This document shows, piece by piece, positions 10,455-19,508 of a stretch of DNA of 64,000 bases. Positions within the stretch are counted from its first letter, which is position 1. Each line of letters begins with the position of its first letter. The notes under the pieces are model-generated. The model saw only the letters and a list, made by a program, of their open reading frames with translations. It did not search any database and had not been told where the DNA came from. This DNA is from a virus. A program made the position numbers and the translations under genes. Location of the stretch: positions 1-64,000 of the IMG/VR virus record IMGVR_UViG_3300036766_000678. One strand, 5' to 3'.

Positions 10455-11717
10455 GAGTTTTTTCTTGTCTGGGTTCTTAACCAAAGATATTACCCAACCA
10501 AAAGGAAGCTTCATATTATGATCTGTAGTAGAAACCCAAATAACTGGATATGGGGGTTTCTTACAACTTTCAGCATCTCCATAAAGATCCGTAAAATATA
10601 AAAGCAAATCACAAGGTAATTTTTTATTTTTAATATGTTCAAATACGGGTTTAAAACTTGTTCCTCCTCTACCTTTAAATTTAGTGTCGAGCTTACCATA
10701 CTTATTAAGCTTATATTCCTTTTGCACTTCTGCGTCACATTCTAAAATCGTTATCGTCCCCTTATAGCACGATTGTATCGAACGCATTTCTGCAATAAAA
10801 GCTTGAAAATCTTCTTCCCCAATACTACCACTAGTATCTACTGCAATTATAATTTGAATCATTCTCTCGGATACTCTTCCTTTTTGTTCTTCTCCAAATC
10901 GTCTATTAGGTCTCTTCCAACTTCGTTTACTGCCACTCTTAATTGAAGCAGCAATAAATTTCTTAAGAAGCACTTTCCAACTTATCGTCGGGGGTTTTAA
11001 CCATTCGTTAATAGCTTCTTCCATTCCAGCGGGAAGATGACCTTGTTGCTTATTAGTTTGATCTACAGCCTCTTTAATAGCTTGCCTGATCACTTCTTTG
11101 GCCAATTCTGGAATATCCCCACCATCAGATTCTGAATTAGGCTTGTTATCGCAAATGGCTTTCACTTTAAATTTGCCGATCCTTTTACCATTGGGATCTT
11201 TGATTATCACTTCAAAGTTGCCTTCCCCATCAGACTTAATTTCCATCTTGTTAGAATGTTTATTGATTTCTTTGTAATAGTTCTCAGAGGTGTCATCAGG
11301 TTTTAGATTTAACTTAATACCCTTGGCTGCAAATTCTTTGGTAATGCTATCAACTGTGCAAGCACCTTTCGGAAGGTGTTGAATATCTTTATTGGCGTTC
11401 ATGTCACAACTAATGTTAGCTAGTATGGGATTTTCCTTATATTCATCCTTCATTCTAGTGCAATGCCCTAACACCAAATGATGCATTTCATGGGTTAATA
11501 CTGCCCCTGCTTCATCGAGAGTAAGAGTCTCTAAAAATTTGGGATTATAATAAAATTCTATTCTTCCATTCTTAATAGCTACAGCTTCAGTAGGGATTTG
11601 TTTAGCAAGGTTTCCAGTACACTCTATTTTACGCATTTGTGATAACAAAGAGGCGTAAAAAACATTAGTTTGAAGCAAACGAATACAAAGTTTCTCCATT
11701 GTTGATAATACACTCAT
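10440..11717 (-). CDS. DUF2201-type metallopeptidase-like plus vWA domain protein
   Basis: HEMHH (HExxH), MIDAS DTSGS, GRGGTSF, LYFTDLYG. Confidence 0.85.
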   Translation of the reverse strand: MSVLSTMEKLCIRLLQTNVFYASLLSQMRKIECTGNLAKQIPTEAVAIKNGRIEFYYNPKFLETLTLDEAGAVLTHEMHHLVLGHCTRMKDEYKENPILANISCDMNANKDIQHLPKGACTVDSITKEFAAKGIKLNLKPDDTSENYYKEINKHSNKMEIKSDGEGNFEVIIKDPNGKRIGKFKVKAICDNKPNSESDGGDIPELAKEVIRQAIKEAVDQTNKQQGHLPAGMEEAINEWLKPPTISWKVLLKKFIAASIKSGSKRSWKRPNRRFGEEQKGRVSERMIQIIIAVDTSGSIGEEDFQAFIAEMRSIQSCYKGTITILECDAEVQKEYKLNKYGKLDTKFKGRGGTSFKPVFEHIKNKKLPCDLLLYFTDLYGDAESCKKPPYPVIWVSTTDHNMKLPFGWVISLVKNPDKKKLLTSR

Positions 11718-12312
11718 ATCTATTCCTCGCCCCCAATAATAAACTCTTCGGCCTCTTCTTTAGATTCCTGCCAATCAAAATAATGTTCTTGTAAAATAAG
11801 ACTATTAGGCATCTTCATATGCTTTTTCACTGAGTGCATCTACCATAGCCTGAGTCAAGCAGGTTCCATTATGCTCTTTGCAAGAACATTCGTATTCAAA
11901 CTTCTTACCATTTATTGAAACAAATTTTTTACCTTCTGGACAACATCGTTCATGAATGAGAATACCATTTAAAGTATCCCATTCACAAGAAGGGCAACCC
12001 ACATTATTATTAATTTTTGGCATATTAGCCTCCACCATGTTCTTCAGCTTCTAGAAATTCTTTGCCACAACTTTGGCACTTAAACACACTGTGTCCATGC
12101 TCACAACGATCAAATTGAACATTGTGAGTAGCGCAGCAGCCACCTACCATTAAGTCTAGCTCATCCATATACATTATCCTCTCCGTTCATTTATAATTTT
12201 TCTAAACAATCATCACAACGTTGCTGCATATGTTCTTCTTTACAAATTCTTCCCCAACAAGTATACTTACCTTTGCAATTGTAACAAGAATGTGCATGGG
12301 ACTTCTTTTTCA

Positions 12313-12771
12313 TTATACCCTCTCCAAAACAAGTTGGCCCTGAGATTTTTCTTTACCACAAGTCTTACACCACATTCTATTTAAATTATATAAATACATT
12401 TTAGATACTCTATAAAGATTCCAAGTATACAAACAACTACGGCACATAACAACTGCTTTCGGGGTAGCTTTAATAACTATAGTTCCGCACCTTTCACCGC
12501 TATGTCCAAGCTCAATAGCTTTAGTTCTCCATACTTCATCGTGCCCATGCTGTCCACCAACTAAAGCGTGGGCAATTTCATGAATGACTGTTAAACGAAC
12601 TTTCTCTTCATCATTAACCTCTGTAGCATGTCGGCCAAGAGAGATAGTCTTAATCCTATGTTGGCAATATCCAAGACGAGTCAAAGAGCGATCAAACTTA
12701 AAATGCCAATCATGAAGTCCATGAAAGTTCATGGCATCTCTGGCCATCATTGCTGCTTTGTTGAGATCCAT
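12313..12771 (-). CDS. SprT-like zinc metalloprotease
   Basis: RLGYC, HEIAH..HGH, C-terminal CxxC pairs. Confidence 0.85.
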   Translation of the reverse strand: MDLNKAAMMARDAMNFHGLHDWHFKFDRSLTRLGYCQHRIKTISLGRHATEVNDEEKVRLTVIHEIAHALVGGQHGHDEVWRTKAIELGHSGERCGTIVIKATPKAVVMCRSCLYTWNLYRVSKMYLYNLNRMWCKTCGKEKSQGQLVLERV

Positions 12772-13141
12772 TATTTATCCTCGTTGTATCATTTGCCACA
12801 ATCGTTTATCAACACATATTTTATGAATAAATTGTTGGTCATAATCTTCTTTCCAAAAACAAAGAATAACCCAATTTTTTTGCATTAGCGAACTTGACTT
12901 GTAATCAGAAAATTGTCTAAGAACAAATTTTAATTTCTCTTTTGTATCTGCTATGTTCATATTTAATTTATACTTACCGTAATATAAATGCCACAATAAA
13001 TACACTCTGAATTTGAATTATCTCTATCTCCATATAATTCAAAAACATGATTCATTACCCCACAAGCTATTCTTTCATAATTTACTGGTGCTAATCTGGT
13101 ATAGTCACTTGGTATATTCATATTAATTTCCTCCATAATTA

Positions 13142-13170
13142 AGTATAGCAGAAGTAGGTAAGAATTACAA
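13142..13170 (-). promoter_or_regulatory. Sigma70-type promoter P2
   Basis: TTGTAA-N17-TATACT; spacer nearly identical to P1. Confidence 0.8.
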
Positions 13171-13173
13171 GGG

Positions 13174-14457
13174 CTATTTTACCTCTTCTTTTGTATCATA
13201 CTCTGCCCGTAGAGCAGGAGAAAACAACTTACAGCGTGTTAGGACTGTTTGCTTAGTACCCTTGTATTCCTGGTGCTCCTTAATAGAAACGTCCCCAGTA
13301 TAAACCGTATTCTCGAAGAATTCCCTGGTGTCGGCATCTAGCATATTACCAGTGAACCACACTAAAACATTATCATTTGCATCTACAAAACGATACAAAT
13401 ACCGCAACCCAAATGTACCTTCACCTAGGTTGGTTATTTTGGCCAAGGTTAGCGTTAAACTCTTCATTCTCTTTCCAACCTCTCCTACATACTCTGAAGG
13501 CTTTTTGGCTTCCTTTTTGGCTTCCTTTTCGGCCTTAGCCGCTGTCTCACGGTAATGTAGGGAAGCTATGGAAGCTGCAAAACCAAGAGTTGAATAGCTG
13601 ACAAATTCCCGTTCCAGAATCACTTGCAAATTGTGCTCATATTCATTCAATTGGGACTTACCATTTAAATAGGTTTCCAGCCAAGCAAGAATTTCTTCAG
13701 CCTTCTTTTCATGCTCTTTAGTAATGTAGATACCAATTTCTTTAGCTGCATCCTTAACTGCCATCAAATTAAAGGCAACATCTGAAGTGGCATTTCCTGG
13801 ATCATTTAATTCCTGAGCCTTCTTTCGACTGACAAAACCAAGCTTCTCAATCACAGCTACAACGTTAGCCAAATACTCCTTCAAATTCCAGTATTGCTTA
13901 CCTGAAGAATTATGCCCAAGAAAATCTTCATCTTCTGCTGCATTCCCCAACTCATCCAAAGAAGATAACAGTGTTGCACGAGAAATAACATCTGCAACAT
14001 CTTGTCCAACAAAATCCCGAAGACAATTGCGACCAATCTGCTTATAATCAGTTCCATTGAAAAGGATGAAAGTGGCATTACGAAGGCGATCAATATTGCA
14101 ATGATTACAATGAGCAAGTGCTGTTCTATAGGTTTCAGGAATTATTTGGTTAGGTAGAAGCTTAATAATATTCCCACCTTCTTCATGTTCAATACTACCA
14201 ACAAAAGACCATCCAGCAATTACAGGAGCTTGCCCAGTAATTTCCACTTTGAAAAATTTCTTATAGGTTGTAATACCAACAAAATTAGGAATGATGGAAG
14301 GATCTACTGATTGCTTATATTCAACCATCTCTTCACCAATAGTCTTTAACTCAATGAGAGATTGGCCTAATTTAGAAGCACGACGATTGAGCTTTTCAAT
14401 CTTCGTTTCAAGCCATCCCATGTTTGCTTCAGGAATCTTGTAGGTCTTGTTTTCCAT
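13174..14457 (-). CDS. Conserved phage protein with Cys motif and probable C-terminal OB-like fold
   Basis: HCNHC...RN...QIGRNCLRDF; beta-rich C-terminus; function unknown. Confidence 0.5.
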   Translation of the reverse strand: MENKTYKIPEANMGWLETKIEKLNRRASKLGQSLIELKTIGEEMVEYKQSVDPSIIPNFVGITTYKKFFKVEITGQAPVIAGWSFVGSIEHEEGGNIIKLLPNQIIPETYRTALAHCNHCNIDRLRNATFILFNGTDYKQIGRNCLRDFVGQDVADVISRATLLSSLDELGNAAEDEDFLGHNSSGKQYWNLKEYLANVVAVIEKLGFVSRKKAQELNDPGNATSDVAFNLMAVKDAAKEIGIYITKEHEKKAEEILAWLETYLNGKSQLNEYEHNLQVILEREFVSYSTLGFAASIASLHYRETAAKAEKEAKKEAKKPSEYVGEVGKRMKSLTLTLAKITNLGEGTFGLRYLYRFVDANDNVLVWFTGNMLDADTREFFENTVYTGDVSIKEHQEYKGTKQTVLTRCKLFSPALRAEYDTKEEVK

Positions 14458-14462
14458 ACTCT

Positions 14463-14520
14463 AGTATAACAGGAGAAGATAACAATGTCAAGGGCTAATT
14501 TAGATGTTAAGAGATGTTAA
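14463..14520 (-). promoter_or_regulatory. Promoter module P3 with upstream tandem repeat
   Basis: TTGACA-N17-TATACT (14463-14491); TTAACATCT twice at 14502-14520. Confidence 0.85.
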
Positions 14521-15276
14521 TTATTTACTCTCTTTCAGACGAGCCTTTGCTGCACGATAATTTTTTAATGAATTTTGAAGGGTTTCTTCAAGGGTACTGT
14601 GGAACATAGAGAAATTAGCTTCGCCATAGACAATTTTTGCTGTGTTATAGACCGCTACTAGGATAACTGAAAGAAACGTCTCGAATTCGCCCAAGTAATT
14701 ATGTTCATTTTCTTTCGAAAGGGAATCACTCAATTTAGTCACAGTTTCAATAATGGCTCTTTGTTCTTTTCGGTTGGCAAGGAGGAGGGCTTCTAAGGAG
14801 GGATCAATAAAATTGGTTTGTCTAAGTTCGAGAAGCTTACTACGAGCTTGACACGAGTTAAATAAGGCAGTTAAAGCGTTTCTTTTCTCAGCTAAGCTAA
14901 TATCTGGATTGGTAATAGAATCAATAACACTTAAAATTTCAACAGGCGGGGTTGCACTCTCTTTTTGAAGAGTAAGTTCTTTATTCATTCGTTCCCTATG
15001 TCTTGTTTTGTAATAAACATAAATATGCTTACCCGAAGTGAGAAGTTTAGGAAATTCTTTTCCATAGGTATTTTTCATATACTCTTTTGTGGAAAGATCA
15101 CTATGTTCCATCATCCATCGTTCCATATCCCTTTTAACAGGTTCAGGCAGAGTATCCAAAAGGGACTTTTGAATTCTATTTTTAGGTCTAGGAATTTTAA
15201 CAGGTTTTGGTACGGGAACCTGAGTGGGTTCTGGAATTGGTTGTGGATCTGGAATTTGCGGGGTATCTTCAGACAT
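14521..15276 (-). CDS. Helical hypothetical protein, possibly DUF3486-like
   Basis: KSLLDTLPEPVKRDMERW after a Pro-rich N-terminus; weak resemblance only. Confidence 0.3.
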   Translation of the reverse strand: MSEDTPQIPDPQPIPEPTQVPVPKPVKIPRPKNRIQKSLLDTLPEPVKRDMERWMMEHSDLSTKEYMKNTYGKEFPKLLTSGKHIYVYYKTRHRERMNKELTLQKESATPPVEILSVIDSITNPDISLAEKRNALTALFNSCQARSKLLELRQTNFIDPSLEALLLANRKEQRAIIETVTKLSDSLSKENEHNYLGEFETFLSVILVAVYNTAKIVYGEANFSMFHSTLEETLQNSLKNYRAAKARLKESK

Positions 15277-15517
15277 TATCTTTTACCTTCTTATTATAAA
15301 GTTGTTCCAGATATTCTAAATTATCCATTGGAGCCCAATTAATACAATTACATACAGGATATTCAAATAATTTTAATATGCATTTTCTATTTTCATTATG
15401 CGAATGACCACAATTCCTACATTCAGAAATAATCACAGTTCTAAGAGTACTGAAATCCGTAAATTCGTAATTACTCATACCAGATCTCTTCTTGGCATTT
15501 ATCACAAACAAACTCAT
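15269..15517 (-). CDS. NLEYLE-family small Cys/His protein
   Basis: CRNCGHSH ... CNCINWAPMDNLEYLEQLYNK. Confidence 0.8.
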   Translation of the reverse strand: MSLFVINAKKRSGMSNYEFTDFSTLRTVIISECRNCGHSHNENRKCILKLFEYPVCNCINWAPMDNLEYLEQLYNKKVKDNV

Positions 15518-15579
15518 TATCTAAAATATTAAAATACATATCTCTATTATGTTTAATACAATAACCTGTTTGTTGAAAT

Positions 15580-15762
15580 TTATCCATAAATCTTTTCCTC
15601 ATACTTTTGTTCTAAATATCTTAAATTATCAGAAATATATTTGTCACATGAACAATATTCTAAAGGAATCTTATTTTTTAATGGGTACCAACAAAGACCC
15701 ACTACTCCTCCATGTCTTCTTAATTGATGAGAACACCTACAAGGCCAATTTGGATCGTTCAT
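15580..15762 (-). CDS. NLEYLE-family small Cys/His protein
   Basis: CRCSHQLRRH ... CSCDKYISDNLRYLEQKYEE. Confidence 0.8.
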   Translation of the reverse strand: MNDPNWPCRCSHQLRRHGGVVGLCWYPLKNKIPLEYCSCDKYISDNLRYLEQKYEEKIYG

Positions 15763-15946
15763 ACATCATCTCTAAATATTCTAAATTAGCCATCGGAACA
15801 AAACTTACTCCACTATAAAACTTCGTAAAAGAATTATCTATTGGGCATCCATAAAAACAATCGGGTACACGAGATAAACTTGCTCCATTATGCCACGAAA
15901 ATGGCTTAAAACAATTTTTACATAGAAGATCTTTATGAGTTTTCAT
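15737..15946 (-). CDS. NLEYLE-family small Cys/His protein
   Basis: CKNCFKPFSWH ... VPMANLEYLEMMYE. Confidence 0.8.
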   Translation of the reverse strand: MKTHKDLLCKNCFKPFSWHNGASLSRVPDCFYGCPIDNSFTKFYSGVSFVPMANLEYLEMMYERSKLAL

Positions 15947-16410
15947 ACGTATCTAAGGTTAACTCTTGGGCTGTTTTTAAATCCAAACATTTAAGATATT
16001 CAATACCATTTTCTATTTCTGTCCAATAGACAGCTTGAGAATTAGGAATAGGATACCACATGCTAATTCCCATTAACATTCCTACCCAAAAGCAATGCAG
16101 TTAAAACTTCATCATCCATAATAAGATCTTTTCGTTGTTCTTTCGATAATGACAATTTTAGAAATTCATCCAACAATCGAATATTATTAGGCAAAGAAAA
16201 TAAATGCCTTTTAGCTTCTTGAGTATTCATCTAATTGTCAATGACTTAGGGTTTTTCTTTAAAATAGGCATAGAGAATAGAAAAATAACCGAAGTGGGCC
16301 ATTGCTTTTCATACCAATTCACATATGCTTGAGCACTTTGCTTAGTAGAAAATATGTTAAGAACTCCAAACTTATCAGAACAAACATAAACAGTTTTAGT
16401 AGTAGCCATT

Positions 16411-16623
16411 TTAAACCTCGCACCCATTACCACCATTTAAATAGTGAACCCTCTTTGCAGCTCTATCAGATGAGGCATAATCTGATTCAGGTTGCCATTT
16501 TCCATTGGGATCATAAAAACCCACAGTCCATAAATTAGGCTCTGATTTAATATAAACCCACACAATATTAGTCATTTGGGCATCTCTCCGTGTAACATTT
16601 CTCTGTATGATCCTTTTCCGCAT
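16411..16623 (-). CDS. Small conserved phage protein (probable start MTNIVW at 16575)
   Basis: WTVGFYDPNGKWQPESD...RVHYLNGG. Confidence 0.55.
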   Translation of the reverse strand: MRKRIIQRNVTRRDAQMTNIVWVYIKSEPNLWTVGFYDPNGKWQPESDYASSDRAAKRVHYLNGGNGCEV

Positions 16624-16744
16624 GGTGTTTACAATTACACGATTTTATCCAGGTCAATTGTCCTGTTCTAATATCCTCTTCATAATGAGCTTTTCCATTA
16701 CAAACTTTTTCTTTAAATTTATCTTGGGAAAGAATCTTTTTCAT
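16568..16744 (-). CDS. 58-aa paralog of 6838..6969 (not in track)
   Basis: MKKILSQDKFKEKVCNGKAHYEEDIRTGQLTWIKSCNC. Confidence 0.6.
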   Translation of the reverse strand: MKKILSQDKFKEKVCNGKAHYEEDIRTGQLTWIKSCNCKHHAEKDHTEKCYTERCPND

Positions 16745-17075
16745 ATTATTTATCTTCCTTTTAAAGCTTTATGCATTGCTTCAGCTATTGAACAGCATTT
16801 CTCATGAATTATAATTTTACCCTTCTTTCCTTCAATGGTATCCCAATCACAAGAATCGCACCCAATACTGCTTTCATACATAGTTTTATTTAATAGTTGA
16901 GTATCCAATTCAATTCTTTTAATTTTGCATTCTCTTTTCCCCCCGAAAAAGACGGGTTTGCCACGAGTTTCCCCATATTGAGTTGATAAATCCTCAAAAA
17001 CAGGGCACACAGCCCACTTGCGAGCATAGCCCGAATCCGCTGTAGTACAATATCGAAGTATTTTATTCATACCTT

Positions 17076-17133
17076 AGTATATCATGAGAAGATAACAATT
17101 ACAAGGGTTATTTTTAATGTTAAGAGATGTCAA
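17076..17133 (-). promoter_or_regulatory. Promoter module P4 with degenerate upstream tandem repeat
   Basis: TTGTAA-N17-TATACT (17076-17104); TTGACATCT-C-TTAACATTA at 17115-17133. Confidence 0.8.
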
Positions 17134-17701
17134 TCCCCAATCCCTTTATCGTTTGTTTCAAAATCCTATAAATAGTTTTGATATCCCTTGAAATGATACT
17201 AGCTGATACTTGATAACTATCAGCAAACCCACTGAATGTAAATCCCTTTTCTTGTTTCATCAAAGTAGATAAGAGTTCCAATTGCCTTTGACTTAATAAG
17301 TTATCAACTATCTCTAGTATATCATTAATTTGCACACTTGACAAGCCCTGTATTTTTTGAACCAACTCTAGGAGCCTCTTTGCGGCCTTCCTTTCGATCA
17401 AATCAGGCCACATAATGTCATTTGGCTTGTTTGGATACCTTTTAGTATACTCCTGCCTCAAATCAGCAAGAAATTGCGTTTTAACGGCATCCCCAAGTGG
17501 GTTGCCAGTAGTGGAATTATAGGTAAGTAGAACAAGGCTAATTGAATGGTTAGCTACTTGTTCAATCTCTTTTTCTGACAAGTTAAGATTCTTAATTTTA
17601 AGTGCTGTGGTTATGCAATAACCTAACAATTCATTTTTGAATGTTTCAAGTTGCTTTTGAGTAAGATTCCCAAGGATATAAACTGAGTTACGTTTAGTCA
17701 T
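17120..17701 (-). CDS. Sigma-factor-like or HTH protein
   Basis: LLSQRQLELL...FSGFADSYQVSASIISRDIKTIYRIL, region-4-like C-terminus. Confidence 0.5.
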   Translation of the reverse strand: MTKRNSVYILGNLTQKQLETFKNELLGYCITTALKIKNLNLSEKEIEQVANHSISLVLLTYNSTTGNPLGDAVKTQFLADLRQEYTKRYPNKPNDIMWPDLIERKAAKRLLELVQKIQGLSSVQINDILEIVDNLLSQRQLELLSTLMKQEKGFTFSGFADSYQVSASIISRDIKTIYRILKQTIKGLGIDIS

Positions 17702-18128
17702 TCTTTACTCGGCGACCACGCGAAAATTCTTTAAGGGACACTTTAATCCGTAATCTTTTTTGGATCTTCTTAACACAAGCCCGTAATGTTCCAGTTACAT
17801 TCGTTGGATGACAATTAAGTTGCTGAGCAACCTCTTTATCAGGTAATTGGTACACGTAAGCTAAGGTGAAAATCTGGAATTGCAAATCAGTTAAGACTTG
17901 GGAAGCTGTCTTAAATATTTTTCTCAATAATCGCTCTTGTCGTTTGATTTGGCGTTTCCTCAAAACTGGGTCATTTCGTTGTTCTAGCAATTGATGATAT
18001 TTATGGGCAACCTTATCTAGTTCCTCATTAGGCATAGAGATCTCAACGAAATCAATATTTTTAGGGCTCTCAATTTCAGCGTTAGCTCGTTCAATTTCTC
18101 GTTTAACTTTTGTGGCTTTTTTCTTCAT
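17694..18128 (-). CDS. Sigma70 region-4-like HTH protein
   Basis: LTDLQFQIFTLAY..QLPDKEVAQQLNCHPTNVTGTLRACVKKI. Confidence 0.7.
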   Translation of the reverse strand: MKKKATKVKREIERANAEIESPKNIDFVEISMPNEELDKVAHKYHQLLEQRNDPVLRKRQIKRQERLLRKIFKTASQVLTDLQFQIFTLAYVYQLPDKEVAQQLNCHPTNVTGTLRACVKKIQKRLRIKVSLKEFSRGRRVKND

Positions 18129-18303
18129 ATAATTGTTCTAAGTATTTTAGGTTATCTAAAATAAACACATGCCAATTTTCTTCATTTCCACCATGAATAT
18201 CAAAACATCCTCTACAATAAGATTTTAAATGTCTTCCTTCAACCGTTCTATGACGGTCAGACTCATGACCACATCTACAAATATTATTCTTTAGGTGTTT
18301 CAC
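18103..18303 (-). CDS. NLEYLE-family small Cys/His protein
   Basis: CRCGHESDRH..CRGC ... LDNLKYLEQLYEE. Confidence 0.8.
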   Translation of the reverse strand: MKHLKNNICRCGHESDRHRTVEGRHLKSYCRGCFDIHGGNEENWHVFILDNLKYLEQLYEEKSHKS

Positions 18304-18841
18304 TTACATTCTCCGTTAACTTTGACAAATGGGCAGAATTAATTCGAACAAGAGTGCCACGTCCAAATACCAAAGTCTCAATACTCACTTCATGCCCATG
18401 CACTCCAGTTACAATACCACGAAAGCCCATAAAAGGCCCGACACAGATTTCTACTAAGTTGCCTACTTCTACTACAGTGATCTCTTCTGGCATTGGTTCA
18501 ACATCGGACTCTTCAAGACTCTTAATATGTTCAATATCTGCATCTGAAATTTTGGAGGGAAGTACTTCTCCTGGAAGTTTTAGGAATCTGCCAATCTTTG
18601 CCTCCATTAATGCTTGTTCAAGCTTACTATCAACTATTTTGTCACTGTTCAAGAACGCATAGGACGGAAACAAAGATTTATCATTGTTCTGAACCTTACC
18701 GTAACGTGTTATTGAAACTTTGATAGTTGGGCTCCATAGAAGACCATTGTACTCCATACGATCTAAAAGGGATTGGATTTGGAGTATACCCCTCGACCCA
18801 ATGCCCTGCATTGAAATGCAGTACCACTCTTTATCTGCCAT
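18284..18841 (-). CDS. nusG: NusG-family transcription elongation/antitermination factor
   Basis: NGN domain (WYCI..., LFPSYAFL) plus KOW domain VEVGNLVEICVGPFMGFRGIV...VFGR. Confidence 0.85.
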   Translation of the reverse strand: MADKEWYCISMQGIGSRGILQIQSLLDRMEYNGLLWSPTIKVSITRYGKVQNNDKSLFPSYAFLNSDKIVDSKLEQALMEAKIGRFLKLPGEVLPSKISDADIEHIKSLEESDVEPMPEEITVVEVGNLVEICVGPFMGFRGIVTGVHGHEVSIETLVFGRGTLVRINSAHLSKLTENVSETPKE

Positions 18842-19508
18842 AATTTAATTCCTTCTCAGGCAAAGCTTTAAATTCTTCTAATGTTCCACCAAGTTTAGTG
18901 AAATAATCATCTGGGTCACTGCCTTGTGAAAGATCTTTATAAAAAAACTCTATGTCGCTGTCATAAAATTTCTGCTTTGTTGCTAATCGCATCTTTTCTA
19001 TAAATCTTTCCCCCGCTTTATCTTTATCACTTACAAATACTACTTTTTTAACAAAGCGATTTAGTAGAGCTATTTGAGTAAGGGACAGATTACTTCCAAG
19101 CATTGCTACAATATTCTTAACTCCATTCTGCCATGGAACTAATAAACTAAAATTTCCTTCCACAACATAAACAGATTGTTCCCTTAGCATATCTCTCCAT
19201 GTTACATTTATCCCATACAAATTTTTAGCCTTCTCAAAAACTGTGTTTATGTATTTTGGGGTATTTGGTTTAGAGTCCAAAGATCTTGCAGAAACAGCCA
19301 CACATGTTCCATAGGTATCTATTATGGGAAAGATTGTGCTATTTCTCATAGTGGCTGGCAAAGTGGGCAATGTACCTGTAAACTCCGCACCAATATAAGT
19401 CTCACCTTCCGCCGTATGATAACCCAAATTAAATGTACGAATAGTCTGCTCTGTCAACTTACGATTTTCGACTAAGTATTTAAAACCAGGAAGAATCATT
19501 GATAGCAT
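18831..19508 (-). CDS. dnaG: DnaG-type primase catalytic core and TOPRIM, lacking the zinc-binding domain
   Basis: IFPIID, PKYIN, VYVVEGNFS, DKDKAG, GSDPDD. Confidence 0.8.
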   Translation of the reverse strand: MLSMILPGFKYLVENRKLTEQTIRTFNLGYHTAEGETYIGAEFTGTLPTLPATMRNSTIFPIIDTYGTCVAVSARSLDSKPNTPKYINTVFEKAKNLYGINVTWRDMLREQSVYVVEGNFSLLVPWQNGVKNIVAMLGSNLSLTQIALLNRFVKKVVFVSDKDKAGERFIEKMRLATKQKFYDSDIEFFYKDLSQGSDPDDYFTKLGGTLEEFKALPEKELNYGR

